The notes under the pieces were generated by a model. The model searched no databases. It saw only the letters and a program-made list of their open reading frames with translations, and was not told the origin of the DNA. The position numbers and the translations under genes were made by a program. Below are positions 40,502-54,367 of a stretch of 64,000 nt of DNA, one piece after another. This DNA comes from Eledone cirrhosa (lineage: Eukaryota): positions 87,482,001-87,546,000 of the forward strand of contig OZ024741.1 of assembly GCA_964016885.1 (NCBI GenBank), read 5' to 3'. The first letter of the stretch is position 1. Every line of letters begins with the position of its first letter.

Positions 40502-41169
40502 ATTGGTGTCGATAAAATAAAGTACCAGTAATGTACTGGGTAATTGCTGGTCTTGTGCCAAAAGTAGAAACAATTATTATGCAAGTTGACATCGCTTGAA
40601 CTAAACATTCTGAGAGAGCTTAGAGATACAACAACAGTAATTATTATTATGATGGGACTGGTAGTGGTGTCGGCTGTGGTATTGCTGTTATTTGGCTAAT
40701 AAAGAAATTATTAATATAATATACTTGTGGCATTTGTTGTTGTTGTTGGCTATGCCGGTGGTGCTGGGGATTTTTCCGGAGGGAGGAGGGGGAGTTCTGT
40801 TGTTGGTGGGAGACATCAGTGCCACTGTAGTTGTTAATGTTGAGATGTTCAAAATTTTCTTTTGACCGGGTCACTAAGTCAGTGTATTTATAATTTTGGT
40901 AGCTTCTTCCTTTCTAGTCTTGTGTAGTGTTACTACTACCTTCCCTCTCCTTCTCAGAAAATTTGATGTCAACTTTTCTTAAGTTAACAGAAGGTAGTGG
41001 GGGAATAGTGGTGGTAGCGATGATGGAGTGGTGGCGGTGGTGATGGGGTAGTGGTACTGTAGTGATGGTCTTGTTGCCGCTGTTGGTTTGTCTCTAGCTA
41101 AATGTTGTGGTAGTGGTGGTGGTGAAATTATTTGGCTGTTATACTTAGTGTATACAGCTGGGTTTTCTT

Positions 41170-42780
41170 CCATTTGTAACCATTTTCTTTTTTTAATATA
41201 AAATTTCTAATACAAAATTAAATATTTGAGCCATATCCCAGGGTGTTATGGGTTTCACTTCCTGAGAACTAAGGCTGGTGCCTGATGTTCCATTTGTAAT
41301 AAGAATTATTGTCACAATTGTTTTAAATATGTAAAAAATCAAACACTTACGGGAGCGATTCCATAACACTCTATTCAAAACCTAGGGTGGAATACGTTAG
41401 GATTCCATTTAGCAATAAATCATTGGGTAGGTTGTGTTTAAGTTCATTTTTTGACAATAGGAATGTGCATGGCTGCCTGCCAGTGAAATTAAGGGATAGC
41501 AGAAATTGCGTCAGTTATTCGTATTGGCCGACAATAGAGAGTAGATAGTATAACTATAATAGCTTGGCAGATATTAATGCTGACAACCTTAAAGAAACTT
41601 GTAAGAGGTTGTGCGATTGCGAAAATTCTATATTTTGATCCCAGAAAATAGGACACACGGTTACAGTTGATCTGAATATCGTTGGTAACAGAGATCCCAT
41701 GCGGTAAATGAAAGTATCTAAGTACAGGGATTCTGTAAAGACAAACAGGCCTAAATTAAATAAGATAGTTTTAGAGTTTTAGAATCAATCGATGATTTCG
41801 TCGATAGGTTAGGTTTAAAATTTGGTATTGCCATTGAAGCATTCGGGGAATGAAAAGAAAGCGTCAATAGCTTAGTAAAGGTTAGTTTGGGCTGGATAAA
41901 ACGGTTGGCGTGACACAATACTTAAAAAGGCCCGATAGAGCAGTATTTAAGTGGGCTTCATGAAAGACACTTCAACGTACCGGCGGATAAGACGGCAAGT
42001 AATTTCGTAGTAGTTTTCTGGATCCCAAAGTTTCATAAGACACTTTATAAATGTCGCTTTATAGCCAAAGTTAAAAAGAACACGAATAGACAGGTTTTAG
42101 TTAATGAGGGTTTAGTGGGAGTTAAGGAAGCCTTTGGTAAATATTGTAACGCGATTTTTATGAGTAGTGTAATGTATATGATATAGAGTATAAGATAAAC
42201 TACTGAGTCTTGGGCGAGATTAGATAGAATAAGGGTGATAAAATCCATGAACATGAATGATTTGTCCACCCGCTACACTAGTTAGGAATTGGATTTGGTT
42301 GAGGAAAGAGTAGATAGGATAATAGACATAGATTTTTGGATAGAAACTTACGTATGTTTCTTTTAGGAACAGGAAGGGTTTCATGTCTAGAATAAGGTAT
42401 AACGGATATACTTGTTAGACGAAGGTTAAACTCAAAAAGGCAGTCGAATTTATTATAAATAATGCTTATTTTACGTTTGTGGGTAGTCTGTTCTAGGTGG
42501 TCATAGACATACAAATGAACAGGAATAGTATTCGTCTTCCTGTAAGTTCGTCTATTTAGTGGGATTAAGGAAACTAAGGAGGATAGACAGTTGGCTAAAG
42601 GATGTAGACACATGGATGGTGTATTTGTTTAAAATTACGGGCATTTCGAAAGTTTACTACATAAAATTTGTTCGGATAGTTCCGAGGCGAAGAGGAATGG
42701 TTAGGGTGTTAACAACATCAATTATTTAGACGTTACCATCGAACGGAACGATAAGTCGATAGTGAGGCCTTAATTAATAT
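41170..42780. pseudogene. Highly decayed Penelope-like RT remnants (- strand ~41170-42450; + strand ~42450-42780)
   Basis: + strand reads NAYFTFVGSLF*VVIDIQM and YLDVTI, resembling PLE RT motifs. - strand has a PYSRHETLPVPK region and degraded RT-like stretches. Confidence 0.45.
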
Positions 42781-42959
42781 ACATGCTTGCCTGATTACAG
42801 GTAAGTTCTTCGTTCTGGATTTTTTAGGTGAAGTAGTTCGGATCAGATAAAAATTTCAATTTAGATAATTTTATTATTATTGTATTTGTATATGTATTTT
42901 ATTTGTATTTTATTTGCATATATATATATATATATATATATAAATTAATAAAAACAATG

Positions 42960-44030
42960 TAGTTTCCCAGGAAGCCCTTAACAACTGCCTTGAAACAGTT
43001 GCATGATGTTCTCTCAATCCTATTGAGCTTATTGGAGAACTCGGTAGACTCAAACACCTTCTTTATCTGAGGTCCAACAAAAATTCCACCTTTAATTTTG
43101 GCCTCAGATAACTTGGGGAAGAACTCAAGAAGGTACTTAGTTGAGAGCCTTCACAAACTGCTTCATCAACCCCAACTTAATGTGCAGTGGAGGCATGAGC
43201 ACAATCCTGGGATCAACCAGTGGCTCCCACATGACGTTCCGGGTCCCAACTACAAATTATGTTCGCTGCTCCCAGTTCTTTCTTTTGTAGTGATCAGAGG
43301 TGGCTCTGCTGTCCCAAAGGCAGAGGAAGCATTGGGATTTGATAAAGCCTCCTTGGAGTCCAAGCAGGAAATCCACCATCTTGAAGTCTCCAGTGATTTC
43401 CCAATTGTACTGGTTGTATTGCAGAGCTTCCAAGAGGACTTTCACACTGTAGTAATCTTCCTTCAGACAGACTGAATGAGCTAGAGGCCGTGTTGGGAAC
43501 GTGTTTCCATTGTGGAGGAGGACAGCCTTCAAACTTGTGGTGGAGCTGTCTATAAAAAGCCGCCACTCCTTGGGCACAAACGGCACCCCAATAACGTCAA
43601 ACAGTCCAGGCACGTCATGGCAGAAGCAGAGATCATCCCTAAGAGTGTAAAAGCCTGAGAAAAGGTTCGTGTCGACTTCTCTGACTTGTCATCTGTACTT
43701 CCTCCTTGACCAAGTTCCACTGCTTCATCCTGGAGACGAATAGCTCTGCATTGGACTTGGTCAGACCCATATCCCTGACCAAGTCATTGACTTCTTTTTG
43801 GTTTGGGAAGTGAGGAACTTTTTCTGGTACCTCAGGCAGGTAATCCAAGTCCTCAGCATCGATCTCCTCCTCTTCATCAGAATACTTGTCTTGGAAAATA
43901 AATTTGATATGCAATACAAAATAAATGTTGGAAAGGGAAATACATATTTAAATAATATAAAAGAACACTAATCATACTAATGAAAATTCGTGCTTAAAAC
44001 ACAACTTACCCTTTATTCAGGGTGCGAAAA
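42960..44030 (-). mobile_element. DNA transposon transposase remnant, Chapaev3-like (CMC)
   Basis: EWRLFIDSSTTSLKAVLLHNGN...GDFKMVDFLLGLQGG...CFLCLWDSRA and PHFPNQKEVNDLVRDMGLTKSNAEL. Possible intron from GTAAGT (~44008) to ttttccaag (~43891). The family name comes from recalled motifs. Confidence 0.7.
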
Positions 44031-44430
44031 TCCAGTATCAATAAATCTCTTTAATCCACTTTTTAATAATTTTATACTTTATTGCATTTTTATCATTTTC
44101 TTTAGGTATTACTCTTTATTTTATAATTTTAATTTAACCTGAAACATATATTAAAAAGATCATTTAACATAAGCAAATTAAACTTACATACAGCGTAAAA
44201 TCCAGCATACAAATAATTCTAGTGAATAGCTTAGAATTTTTACAAACTTTTAACTGTTTAATAGCACTTTTTTATTTATTTGGGACCTAAGCAACACAAA
44301 AAAAGTGATTACAAGCCAGGAACAGAGAAAAAAAATGTTTTTGTTACACGGCGTTGTTAGCGCTATCTTTTGCATTTGTATTTATATTCTATATCTATAC
44401 CTGCATTGTTCTGGCCTTCTAACTTCAAAC

Positions 44431-44499
<69 letters not shown>

Positions 44500-44669
44500 T
44501 AGAAGGGGTATTTAATTTGTTGGAAGTCCGACAAATATAAATGTTTATAACTGATTTAGAGCACTCAACAAGTTACTGGAGTAAATTTCCAGTGAATTTC
44601 CAACCGATAAGGTATGATTTTCATGGGTACGTCTCTATTTATACGTCTCTATTTATAAAACAAACTTTG

Positions 44670-44733
44670 TATTTTATCTGATGAAAGCGTACCAATGTTG
44701 TCTTGGTACCCTTGAAATATATATAATAAAATA
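44670..44733 (+). ncRNA. Intact type I minimal hammerhead
   Basis: tattttat-CTGATGA(44678-44684)-aagcgtaccaa tgttgtc ttggtaccctt-GAAA-tatata-TA-ataaaata. Confidence 0.88.
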
Positions 44734-44772
44734 AATATGGTTTTATAAATATAGTTTCCATTTATTTAATAT

Positions 44773-44826
<54 letters not shown>

Positions 44827-46046
44827 CTTTGATAACTTTGATAGGTTTCAGTCAGTATTGTTCCAGGCCATGTCTAACTTAATAGCACCAATGGGGTGGG
44901 GTGGGGTGGTGTGTGTGGGTATATACATGTGTGTGTCGATACATACATACAATATGCATGTATGTATGTATGTATGTATGTATGTATGTATGAAGATATT
45001 GTAAACTTATGTAGACTAACTCCTCTAATCAAATTCCTGTCTTTGTCCCTAATTTTATTCCAATCGGTAAAAGTGTCATTTGCTAGCAGCGCCCATTATC
45101 TTATTGTTTTCTTCTGCTGTTCTAAGAAACACTTATTTCAGATTTATTTCCTCGTAATCAATATCAATACCATCTTTGGTTGTTGTTGTTTTTTTTTTTT
45201 TTTTTTTTTTTTTTTTGAAGAAGAAGAAGAAGAAGAAAAAGAAGAAGAAGAAGAAGAAGAAGAAGAAGAAAAGGATTGACACCAATACTCTGCCGAAACA
45301 TAATTTATCAACATAGAAAGGATGAAAGGCAAAGTTACTTAGCAGAGATTTGAAATCAGGGTGCAGTTGACCGAAACATTTTCAATTTGACGCCCTAACG
45401 ACTCCGACAATTCACCGCCTTCGGTTATTTTTAGACTATATATTTTTCCTGTCGATTTTGGCTTCATACTTACAAAGTATTTCTTAAAGCTATTAACCAT
45501 TTAATGCAGGCTATTTATGGCCTTTTATTATCAATAAAATACTGAGGGCTACTTGAGTTTTTGGATCCAATTGTAATAATTCTTGTTAAACACACTTGAT
45601 ATACCTTTAACGTTTTATTATTCTCAAATATTTTATTACATAGAATTCTTTCTAACATATTCTCATAAAATCAGACAATTTATTCTTATATTTTGTATTA
45701 TTTTTCTACATCTTACTTTATGCATTATTTCTCTATTGTTTGGTCTTTTTACACATCTACTAACTCTTGGTATATTTTTACTTATACTTGTATTTTTATG
45801 CATCTTCATATGTATGTATGTGTGTGCACAAATGTGTATGTGTGTGTGTGTAAGTGTACACTTGATCAAATGTTCAAGGAGACCAAAATCCGAAGTGGAC
45901 CCGTTTCAAATTATACAACTAACTGCCGAGCAAATATTCATGATAGATTTATCATGCCTTAAACAAGGGAATATCCGCTTTCACTCAAGTGTAAGCCGGT
46001 ATTTTTTACTGATAAGGTATAACAAATATATATGAGTATGTGTTTA

Positions 46047-46081
<35 letters not shown>

Positions 46082-46095
46082 GTGTGTGTGTATGT

Positions 46096-46178
<83 letters not shown>

Positions 46179-46749
46179 TGTGCATGTGTGTGTGCATGTA
46201 TGTGAGAGTGTGTATGTATGTGAGTGTGTGTTTGTGTGTATAATGCCCGAATATAATTTTTAATTTTTCAAAAAGGTTTTGGCATAATCCCACGTCGCTT
46301 CAAATGGGACATACCTATGATGAAATGGCTTCCATTCCAGAATTGTTTTTCTTATCAGAAATGTTGAACATCGAATTACATCAAATGCCTCCTATTCTAA
46401 GATTATTTGATGTAACTTCTAGAAGTGGGAACAACTGTGTTGACTTAGGAAGCGAAATATGTACTGTGATATGCGTACTCTTCCAAGAGGCATTAGTTTC
46501 ATAGGAGAATATCTATAACTTAGATAAATTCAAAACATAGGCACTCCTTCGTCATAGGGAGACGCAACGGAAGTCGCACGTCATTGTTTTCATTGTCTTT
46601 TTGCGAAGTCTGTAGACAAGTGAGGACGTTGTTACTGTGGTAGTAGACAGTGTATGGGGTGAGAAGAATGAAATGAAAAAGATTTGTGAGGCTGTTATGT
46701 GTGTTACGAGTGGGGAGAATAACAGCCAATAATGAGAAGGAATGGAAGT

Positions 46750-46786
46750 GTTTCTACTTTTGGCACAAGGCCAGCGATTACCCCTG
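46750..46786 (-). mobile_element. Very short SINE 3' tip with 17-bp TSD
   Basis: gaaggaatggaagtgtt at 46736-46752 and 46787-46803 flanks tttctacttttggcacaaggccagcgattaccc. Confidence 0.85.
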
Positions 46787-48308
46787 GAAGGAATGGAAGT
46801 GTTGTTAATCAGATTGCTCTAGAAATAGAAACTGGTTTAGGTGAAGTAGTGGAAAGGTCAACGCACAAAACGACAGTAATCAACCCTCCAAAAATACACT
46901 ATTTACTTATTCATTTATTTAAATTAAACATCCGTGTAGAGCTCATAAGCCACAGCAGACAGGGAAAGGTATCAAATACTTCTTATAATTAAGAAACGAA
47001 AACAAGAAATAGAGAGAAAAAAAAAATGGAAAAGACCAAAAATAAGAAAAAATGTAAAAAAAAACAAAGCAGCTAAAGAAAATTAAATGCTTCTGTTGTT
47101 GAATCTTATGGTAGCCTCCATATATTGGAAGATCTTGCAAATGGTTGGTAGATCCATGGCCGTATACTGCATCTCTAGCCTCGATAGTTTTTTAAAAACC
47201 AGTTTTAAAAGATCCCCTTTCTCAGTCTAATAATTTTTACATTGGAACGAATAGTGTCATAAGGTTCCTGGATAGTCCCACATAGTGGTGATTCTATGTG
47301 ACTTGTTCTTGACAAAATATAGTTTAAGAGTATTAGCCCGCCCGAAGCCGACAAAGATTTTGTTTATTAACATTAATCAGTATCTAACTAACGAGGATAG
47401 GTCACTAGACCTACAAGAACAACAACTAAGAAAAACACACCAACCACAGAGAGTGTGTGTGTAATGTGCAACGACAGATAACAGACGAGCCAACGAAAGA
47501 TTTTCTATGTGGTCGTTTCACTTGCCTGAAATAACATCAAATCTCTCTAGACTCAAACATTTTAGGTCGATATAGTGCTAAATACACTACTAATGAAAAC
47601 GAAAATGTAGATAGTCTCAGTTAAAATGCCTTTTATCATAATTTTTCCCGATGGAGTCGACTAAAATAGATAAGATTACCTCAGACTAATCATTGCCAAG
47701 TGCATATTTGTGTAGTGAACATATTAATCACGTGGCCTTGTATATGCCCACATATCAATAACATTCTTTACTGAAATGTGTATTGCGGAAGTATTTTCTT
47801 TTTCAATCTCTTTGTTAGTATTTAACTCGGAAATAGACATGTGTAAAGAGTTATTGTTAATCTCTTTCTATTCTCGCTTTTGCCGTGCGATTGGTTTTCA
47901 CAACATTATATATTACTGAGTTTGTAGCGTTTCTTTTGCTCACTTCTAATGAAAGCTCACTTATTGGGCACGAATGAGGTGAAATGAAGTTGACGCGTGT
48001 TTATAGAATGGTGTTAGACTAGCAAACCACTTACAATTATACTTTCAAGGGAAATGAATGAGAATGTTAGGTTTTTCTAATAAACACGTTCTGGTGGCAG
48101 GCGATATTTATATACTAATGAAGTTCTCTTTTGTTTTCATCGGCCATATTCAAGTGACATAACAATCCAGTACCAATACATCCCTTACTGGTTTCTTTTC
48201 TTCATTTGGTCCATACCTTTATATTTTAACATTTCATGGAATGAAAATATGGTGATGATAGTGATAATGATGATGAGGATGAGGATGACGATATGATGGG
48301 AATAATAA

Positions 48309-50037
48309 TGGATAACCAAAAGCCTAGATATCTTCAAGGTGGCAGATAACATCAGACAGTTGTTGAGCAAAAGTATGAAGTCCTAGGAAACAGAGTTAAC
48401 ATCGGGTGGAGAATCCTTGGGAGGGGTGAAGATCAAGAGAGGTATCTTCCAGGGAGATAGTTTGTCCCCTCTGCTGTTTGTCTTTGCCCTGACCGTTATA
48501 TTGCGAAAAGTGAGAGCAGGATACAAGTTGAAAAAGGAGAGCTTACCATCAACCACCTCCTCTTCATGGACGATCTTAAACTCTTTGGAAAGAGTGAGAA
48601 GTTGGATGTACTTGTTGACACTGTCCGTATTTTCAGCAATGATATATGTATGGAATTTGGTATTAATAAGTGTGGAGTCCTGGTGATGAAGAGGGGTAAA
48701 TTGAGCAGAAGCAACGGAGTCCAGGTACCAACAGGAGAGATGATAAAGGAAATTGACACTGAGGAGGGATACACATATTTAGGTGTTCTGGAGGCAGATG
48801 ACATCAGGAACAGAAAAATAAAGGAATTGATACATAAGGAGAGGAAGGAGCGTATTAAAATCCCATCTAAATAGTAGGAATGTCATAAGTGCATTGAATT
48901 CCCAGTGCAGGAATTATTTCAATGTTGCTGAACAAAAAGAAATGGATAGGAAGACTAGGAAGCTATTGACTATCTACAACATGTTCCACAAGAGGAGTGA
49001 TGTCGATAGACTCTACTTAAGGAGATCTGAGGGTGGAAGAGGTCTTATCAGCATAGAGGACTGTGTTCAGATGGAGAAAAACAACCTACACAAATACGTG
49101 ACTGATAGTAAGGAGCCAATGCTCAGAACTGTACTGAAGGAGGGGACAATAGGCCAGGGGATGTCTAAGGAGGAAATAACATCAAGGAGAAAGAGCAGCC
49201 TTCAGGAAAAATCCCTTCATAGTACCTTCTTTGAGAAAACTGAATTTAGAGATCCACAGACATGGAACTGGTTGAAAAGAGGAGACCTTAAAAAGGCTAC
49301 ATAAGGAATGCTAATGGCTGCGCAGGAACAGGCCCTCAAAACGAAGTGGTTGAAACACCATATTTACAAGGAGGAGGCTAGCCCACTGTGCAGGATCTGT
49401 GGAGAGAGAGAGGAGACTGTGGCTCACATTGTATCCGAGTGTAAACACCTAGCCCAGACTCACTATAAGGGCTGGAGACATGATGTGATGTGCAGGGTTA
49501 TCCACTGGCACCTATGCAAAGTAAACAATTTACCACATTCTGAGAAGTGGTATGAGCATAAGCCAGAGTCGGTGATAGAAAACGATCAGGTGAAGGTGCT
49601 ATGGGATTTTAGGAACAGGCGGACAAGAAACTGGAACACAATAGACCTGACCTGGTGGTTTTGGACAAAGAAAAAAGATCGTGCCTGATTGTGGATGTGG
49701 CCTGCCCATTCGACACGAGAGTGCAAGAGAAGGAGAGGGAGAAAATTAACCGATACCAGGACTTAAAGTGGGAGTTAAAAAGGATTTGGAACTGCCATGA
49801 AGTCAAAGTGATCCCGATTGTCATAGGCGCACTAGGGACTATCTCAAAAAGTTTCCAGGGATGGTTAAAGAAAATTGGCCCCTTCACGCTTTTTGGAACG
49901 CTTCAAAAGGCATGCTTGCTGGGAACAGCAAGAACCCTCCGATACGTCCTGAATATCTGAGGCTGCAGGTAGTGGCTTGATATTCATTTCAACAAACTTT
50001 CCAGTTAACTAACATCAATGACTGAGACTCAAAGAGT
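48309..50037 (+). mobile_element. R4/Dong-like RT-RLE family C, 5'-truncated
   Basis: RGIFQGDSLSPLLF, MDDLKLF, EGGRGL, CRICGEREETVAHIVSEC...RHD and DVACPFD. Starts right after aataataa and ends gactgagactcaaagag-(AAT)n. Confidence 0.93.
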
Positions 50038-50070
50038 AATAACAACAATAATAATAATAATAATAATAAT

Positions 50071-50236
50071 AATTGTTTCTACTTTTGGCACAAGGCATTA
50101 CTGGTACTTTATTTTATCGACCCCGTAAGGATGAAAGGCAAAGTTAACCTCGGCGGGATTTGAACTCAGAATGGCAAGGGCCGTAACTCTATGCGTCAAA
50201 GCATGGCGTCTGACCCTCTACCGATACTGCCAATCT
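50071..50236 (-). mobile_element. SINE (9104 family) within (AAT)n; another copy at 58675-58806
   Basis: Reverse complement of 9104-9281; (AAT)n on both sides. Confidence 0.88.
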
Positions 50237-50442
50237 ACAATAATAATAATAATAATAATGGTTTCTTTATTGGCCAGAAGGGCTAACACGAAGAAAAACA
50301 TTAGAGACGGCACAGAACAGTACAGGACGATACAAAGTGGGTTTTGGTCGTGTAAACAGGTTATAACAAAATCGAGCTGTCTTCATCAATGACTGAGACT
50401 CAAAGAACAATAATAATAATAGTAATAATAAATAATAATAAT

Positions 50443-53400
50443 TTTGCTTTCTTTATTAACCACAAGGATTGACACAAAGTATAACATTAAGGACAATACA
50501 AATGGTCATTTCTGCGTGTAAAAAAAACATAAACAGAGTATGTGACAAAAAAGGAAACAATGAAAAATTCCCCAATAGGGGGGAGACCTCCGAGGCTTGC
50601 TCGTGGAGAAAGTCCACAAGAAAAGCCACGGATACCCTGACCTCTAGGGCAAATGCCTTCTTCCAGTTTTCCTCCTATACAGGCACACGCTCAGGGTAGA
50701 CCCATTCACACGGGCCATTCTTGCCTCTCCAACCCACCTGTCAACAAACTGGCTGGAAGTCAGCACTTCCCTCTCCACTCTGATTTTCCTTTTCAGGTGA
50801 AACCGGAAAAAGTTAATGAGGGCGTCACCGAAGCGGAAAGTACCCGTCTTCAACCTTTTCAGACGTGTCCACCATACAATCTCTTTTACCATGGCCACCA
50901 GGCAGATAAAAACTGCCTGCCCTTCTCGGCTAAAGGAAGGCGGCGGGGCAATTTTCACGATGCACTGCCAGGCCAGGGATTTCTGGAAGTTGTCCATGGA
51001 CCCCGGTCTGAAAGTTCTCTCGAAGAGATTGGCTAGTTGATTTTCGTCGACGCCTAGACTCTCCCCAAGGACGTCGTTACTCTTACCCTCTACTAACCCT
51101 CTATAGAACGCCAAGGTGGAGTTTCCAGCGATTGTATTGCTCGACCGGTCGGGGGCTGTGAGCGCCTAAAGATATTACAGTCTCCAAGCGCTTCCTCTCG
51201 GTCTTCGCTTGACCCAGGACTGCAGCTCCGCCAAGGAGACAAGCTGGGGAAACATGTGTCTAGCAAACAGCGACCACACCTGATCACCGTCGAGGAAGAG
51301 GTAGAGATGTTGTAGCCTGAGCGCATGTCTGCGCATCATCAGCCACGGCAAGCCCAGCCCTCGCGTAGCGGGTGTTGACAACAGATGGACCGCCTGACCA
51401 TCAGAGCACGTCCCTTCCACAAAAAGCGAAAGAGCAAACACTCCAGTGCAGTTAGGCGAGGCTTAGGACAAGGCACGAGGGTCAAGCGGTAGTAGATGAC
51501 GGACGCGATGTACGCATTCGCCAGCTCCGCTCGACCTTTCAGGGATAACTTCCTCTCGGCCCATTTCTGGTTGAAAGAAGCCACCTTGCTCGTGACCTAC
51601 TCCCAGTTTTTGTGCGTCTGAAGGTCCGGACCGAACCAGACCCCTAGTAATTTAACCAGTCCGTCCTGCACCCGACGACGCTGTTGGGCCACATGGACCT
51701 GCCTCTCCAGGTACCGAATTGCAGGCCTACTGATTTTTCCTGGTTGATCATTGCTCCTGCCACTACCTCGTATTCTCTTAGTGTGGTGCCGATCGATGTG
51801 TTTGGCGTTCGACACCAGTACGATGACGTCGTCTGCATATGCTGACACGGTTCTTCCGCATCCTAGTTTGCGTGGGATCCCCCTCAACGTCTCCAGTTTG
51901 TGCAGTAATGGATCGACAGTCAATACATACAACAAGGACGAGAGAGGAAATCCCTGGCGGATCGAGCGCATGATGTTGAACGCTTCCAAAAGGTGACCTT
52001 CACTCTCACTACAGAGCAGATGTCGCTGTGCATGGCAGCAATCCAGCCTCTGAAGACAGGCCCAAAGCCAGCTGCTCTTAGGACTGCCGCCAGATAACGA
52101 TGGTCGACCCTATCGAAAGCGTTTGACTGATCTAAATTGATCAAAGACCCACCCATGCGAGGTTCCCTAGCTACCCTCTCTACGATGTATCGCATGAGGT
52201 GGAGGTTGTCGTGGATGGGTCTGTCTGGAATGGCGCATGTTTGCGCCTCTTCCACCAGACCACCAACGACAAGCGCCAACCTCTTTGCTAGCACCTTAGA
52301 CAAAATCTTGAAGTCTGTGTTTAGCAGAGTTATGGGCCTGAAATTTTCTGTTATCCCCTTGTTCGGATCCTTTCTCAGCCGCGCCACAGCCTCCTCGGCT
52401 CACGGAGCTGGGAATTCTCCCGTTCTGCTGCCAGTTGCAGTAGACGTCCGCCAAGAGGTCTTCAAACAAGTTTGGCATATGTATGTAAAATTCGTAGGGC
52501 AGACCATCCAAACCAGGCGATTTACCCATTGTGCAGCTAGTCATTGCCTCCCGTACTTCAGCAGCTGTTATCGGCCTTTCGCAACACCTCGCCTCAGTGG
52601 CCGAGAGCCGTTGTAGTCCGTCGAGGTAGGCACTTAAGTCCATTCCACGATGCGGCCCGCCATTGCCCCCGACCAGCTGAGCAAAGTACTGCTGAAAAGT
52701 CGCACACATCTGCCCGGGATCGAGTATCATGCGCCCGTCGTGGTTCACCAAAGACCGGATCGTGGCTTTGTTGCCACGACGCGCCTCCGCCACCAGAGCC
52801 CATTGAATGGCTTTCGTCCTCTCGTGTCTGAGATCACCCTAGCTCTGACAACGCAGCCTTCGTGCTTAGCGTTGGAGAATTGATTGAGAGCCAATTTCAC
52901 CGCAAGAACGTCGGTCGCGATGCCTTTACTAAGCGCCTCGCCTAATTTGCTAACTACATTTCCTTCTGCTCTATTTTTCTCTGTTACTAACGCTTTACTA
53001 AATCTAATAGACTCTATTCTAATCGCTCTTTTCTGGGCAAGTCACCATTTATTGTTGACAATGGCCCCTGTCAACGCCCGCTTAACTAATTCGCTAATCC
53101 GGTCTCTGTAAGTTTTGCGCTCTTAACGACGCGTTTAGCTTCCAGTAGCCGGGTCCCTGTCGATGAAGCCTATCTAAATCAATCACACAGATCACAGATT
53201 TGTGGTCCGTGTAGCCGACTATCTTGAATTGTGGACAGCCTCTGCTAGACGTATCTATTTCCCTACAAAATACCCTATCTAGATATGATATGGATGACCC
53301 GATGCGGTTTGTCCAAGTCCACACTGGCACATTCGGGAAATCCAACCGGTACCTGTCAGACAGTTGAAAACGTCTGAGCAGGTTTGTGAGGCTTTTACAC

Positions 53401-54015
53401 CGTCCTCCCCTATCCGCTAATCCCACACAGTCCCATCGTGCATCTAAGATCTCGTTCCAGCTAACACTAAAGAGCGGGACGTTCCAAGAAAGGTCTCCAG
53501 GCGCCGGAAGAATTAAGGCCGTCCTGCTCCTGTTGGGGCATAGACGGCCACTAGCCTGAAAGCTTGTCCTTCTCCGCTGGTCACGTCCAGCACCACCAAC
53601 CTCTCCGGAACACCCCCCCCCCCCCCCCGCTACCCCCGATCCGGGACGGCTTGGAGATGTGTAAACCTCGTAGCCGCCGAAAATGGGTGCGAATTCCAGT
53701 GTATCGGAGATTCTGGTCTCGCTGATGGCCACTACATCTATGTTTAGCGATCTGAGATCGTTCAGCAGGTGGCCCTGCTTCCAAGACGACCTCAGGCCAC
53801 GTGCATTTATGCTACCTATTCTGAGAGAAGCCATGTTGGCTAGGATAGGAGGAAAACAAGTGAGAGGGGAAAAGTACAAAAATTACCTGTGGCTCTTTTT
53901 TAGGAAGTGGATGAGTGATCCATCCCTCCGAGCAGTGGTGGGTTTCTCCACGAGAATGTCCGTGAATATTGTTTTGGTGATATTCCCTCGGTAGTCTCCA
54001 ATTGATGTGGGGGAA
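50443..54015 (-). mobile_element. Tx1/L1-clade LINE ORF2 (APE endonuclease plus RT), frameshifted; 3' stub of the same family at ~50260-50378
   Basis: APE motifs SINARGL, ISET, WTW...SYLDR, TDH and WKLN (53094-53879). RT motifs KSPGLDGLPYEFY, FRPITLLNTDFKI, LDQSNAFDRVDH, SIRQG and YADD. Confidence 0.93.
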
Positions 54016-54367
54016 CATTTTTTTTAATGTCATGTAATTTTTTGGTGTGATAATAATACAAATATAAAGATCTGGAGATAGAAACAACCCGAATGTGGAT
54101 GATGAAAACAAGCAATCCCTATAATAATTGATGCTTTGGAAATGGTAAAAATACACATAGACAGATACTTAATCAAAGCCCAGGATTTAAAATAAATACA
54201 GCATACAAAAATTAGCACACATATGACGAAGAGTATTCTCAATACAACAAAAATAACAATGCCAAAAATAGCATTGCACACACCTAAGGCACACGGAGCT
54301 GTTCTCGATAATGCAGTGACGACATGCAGTAAAACAAAATCCAATAATAATAATAATAATAATAATA

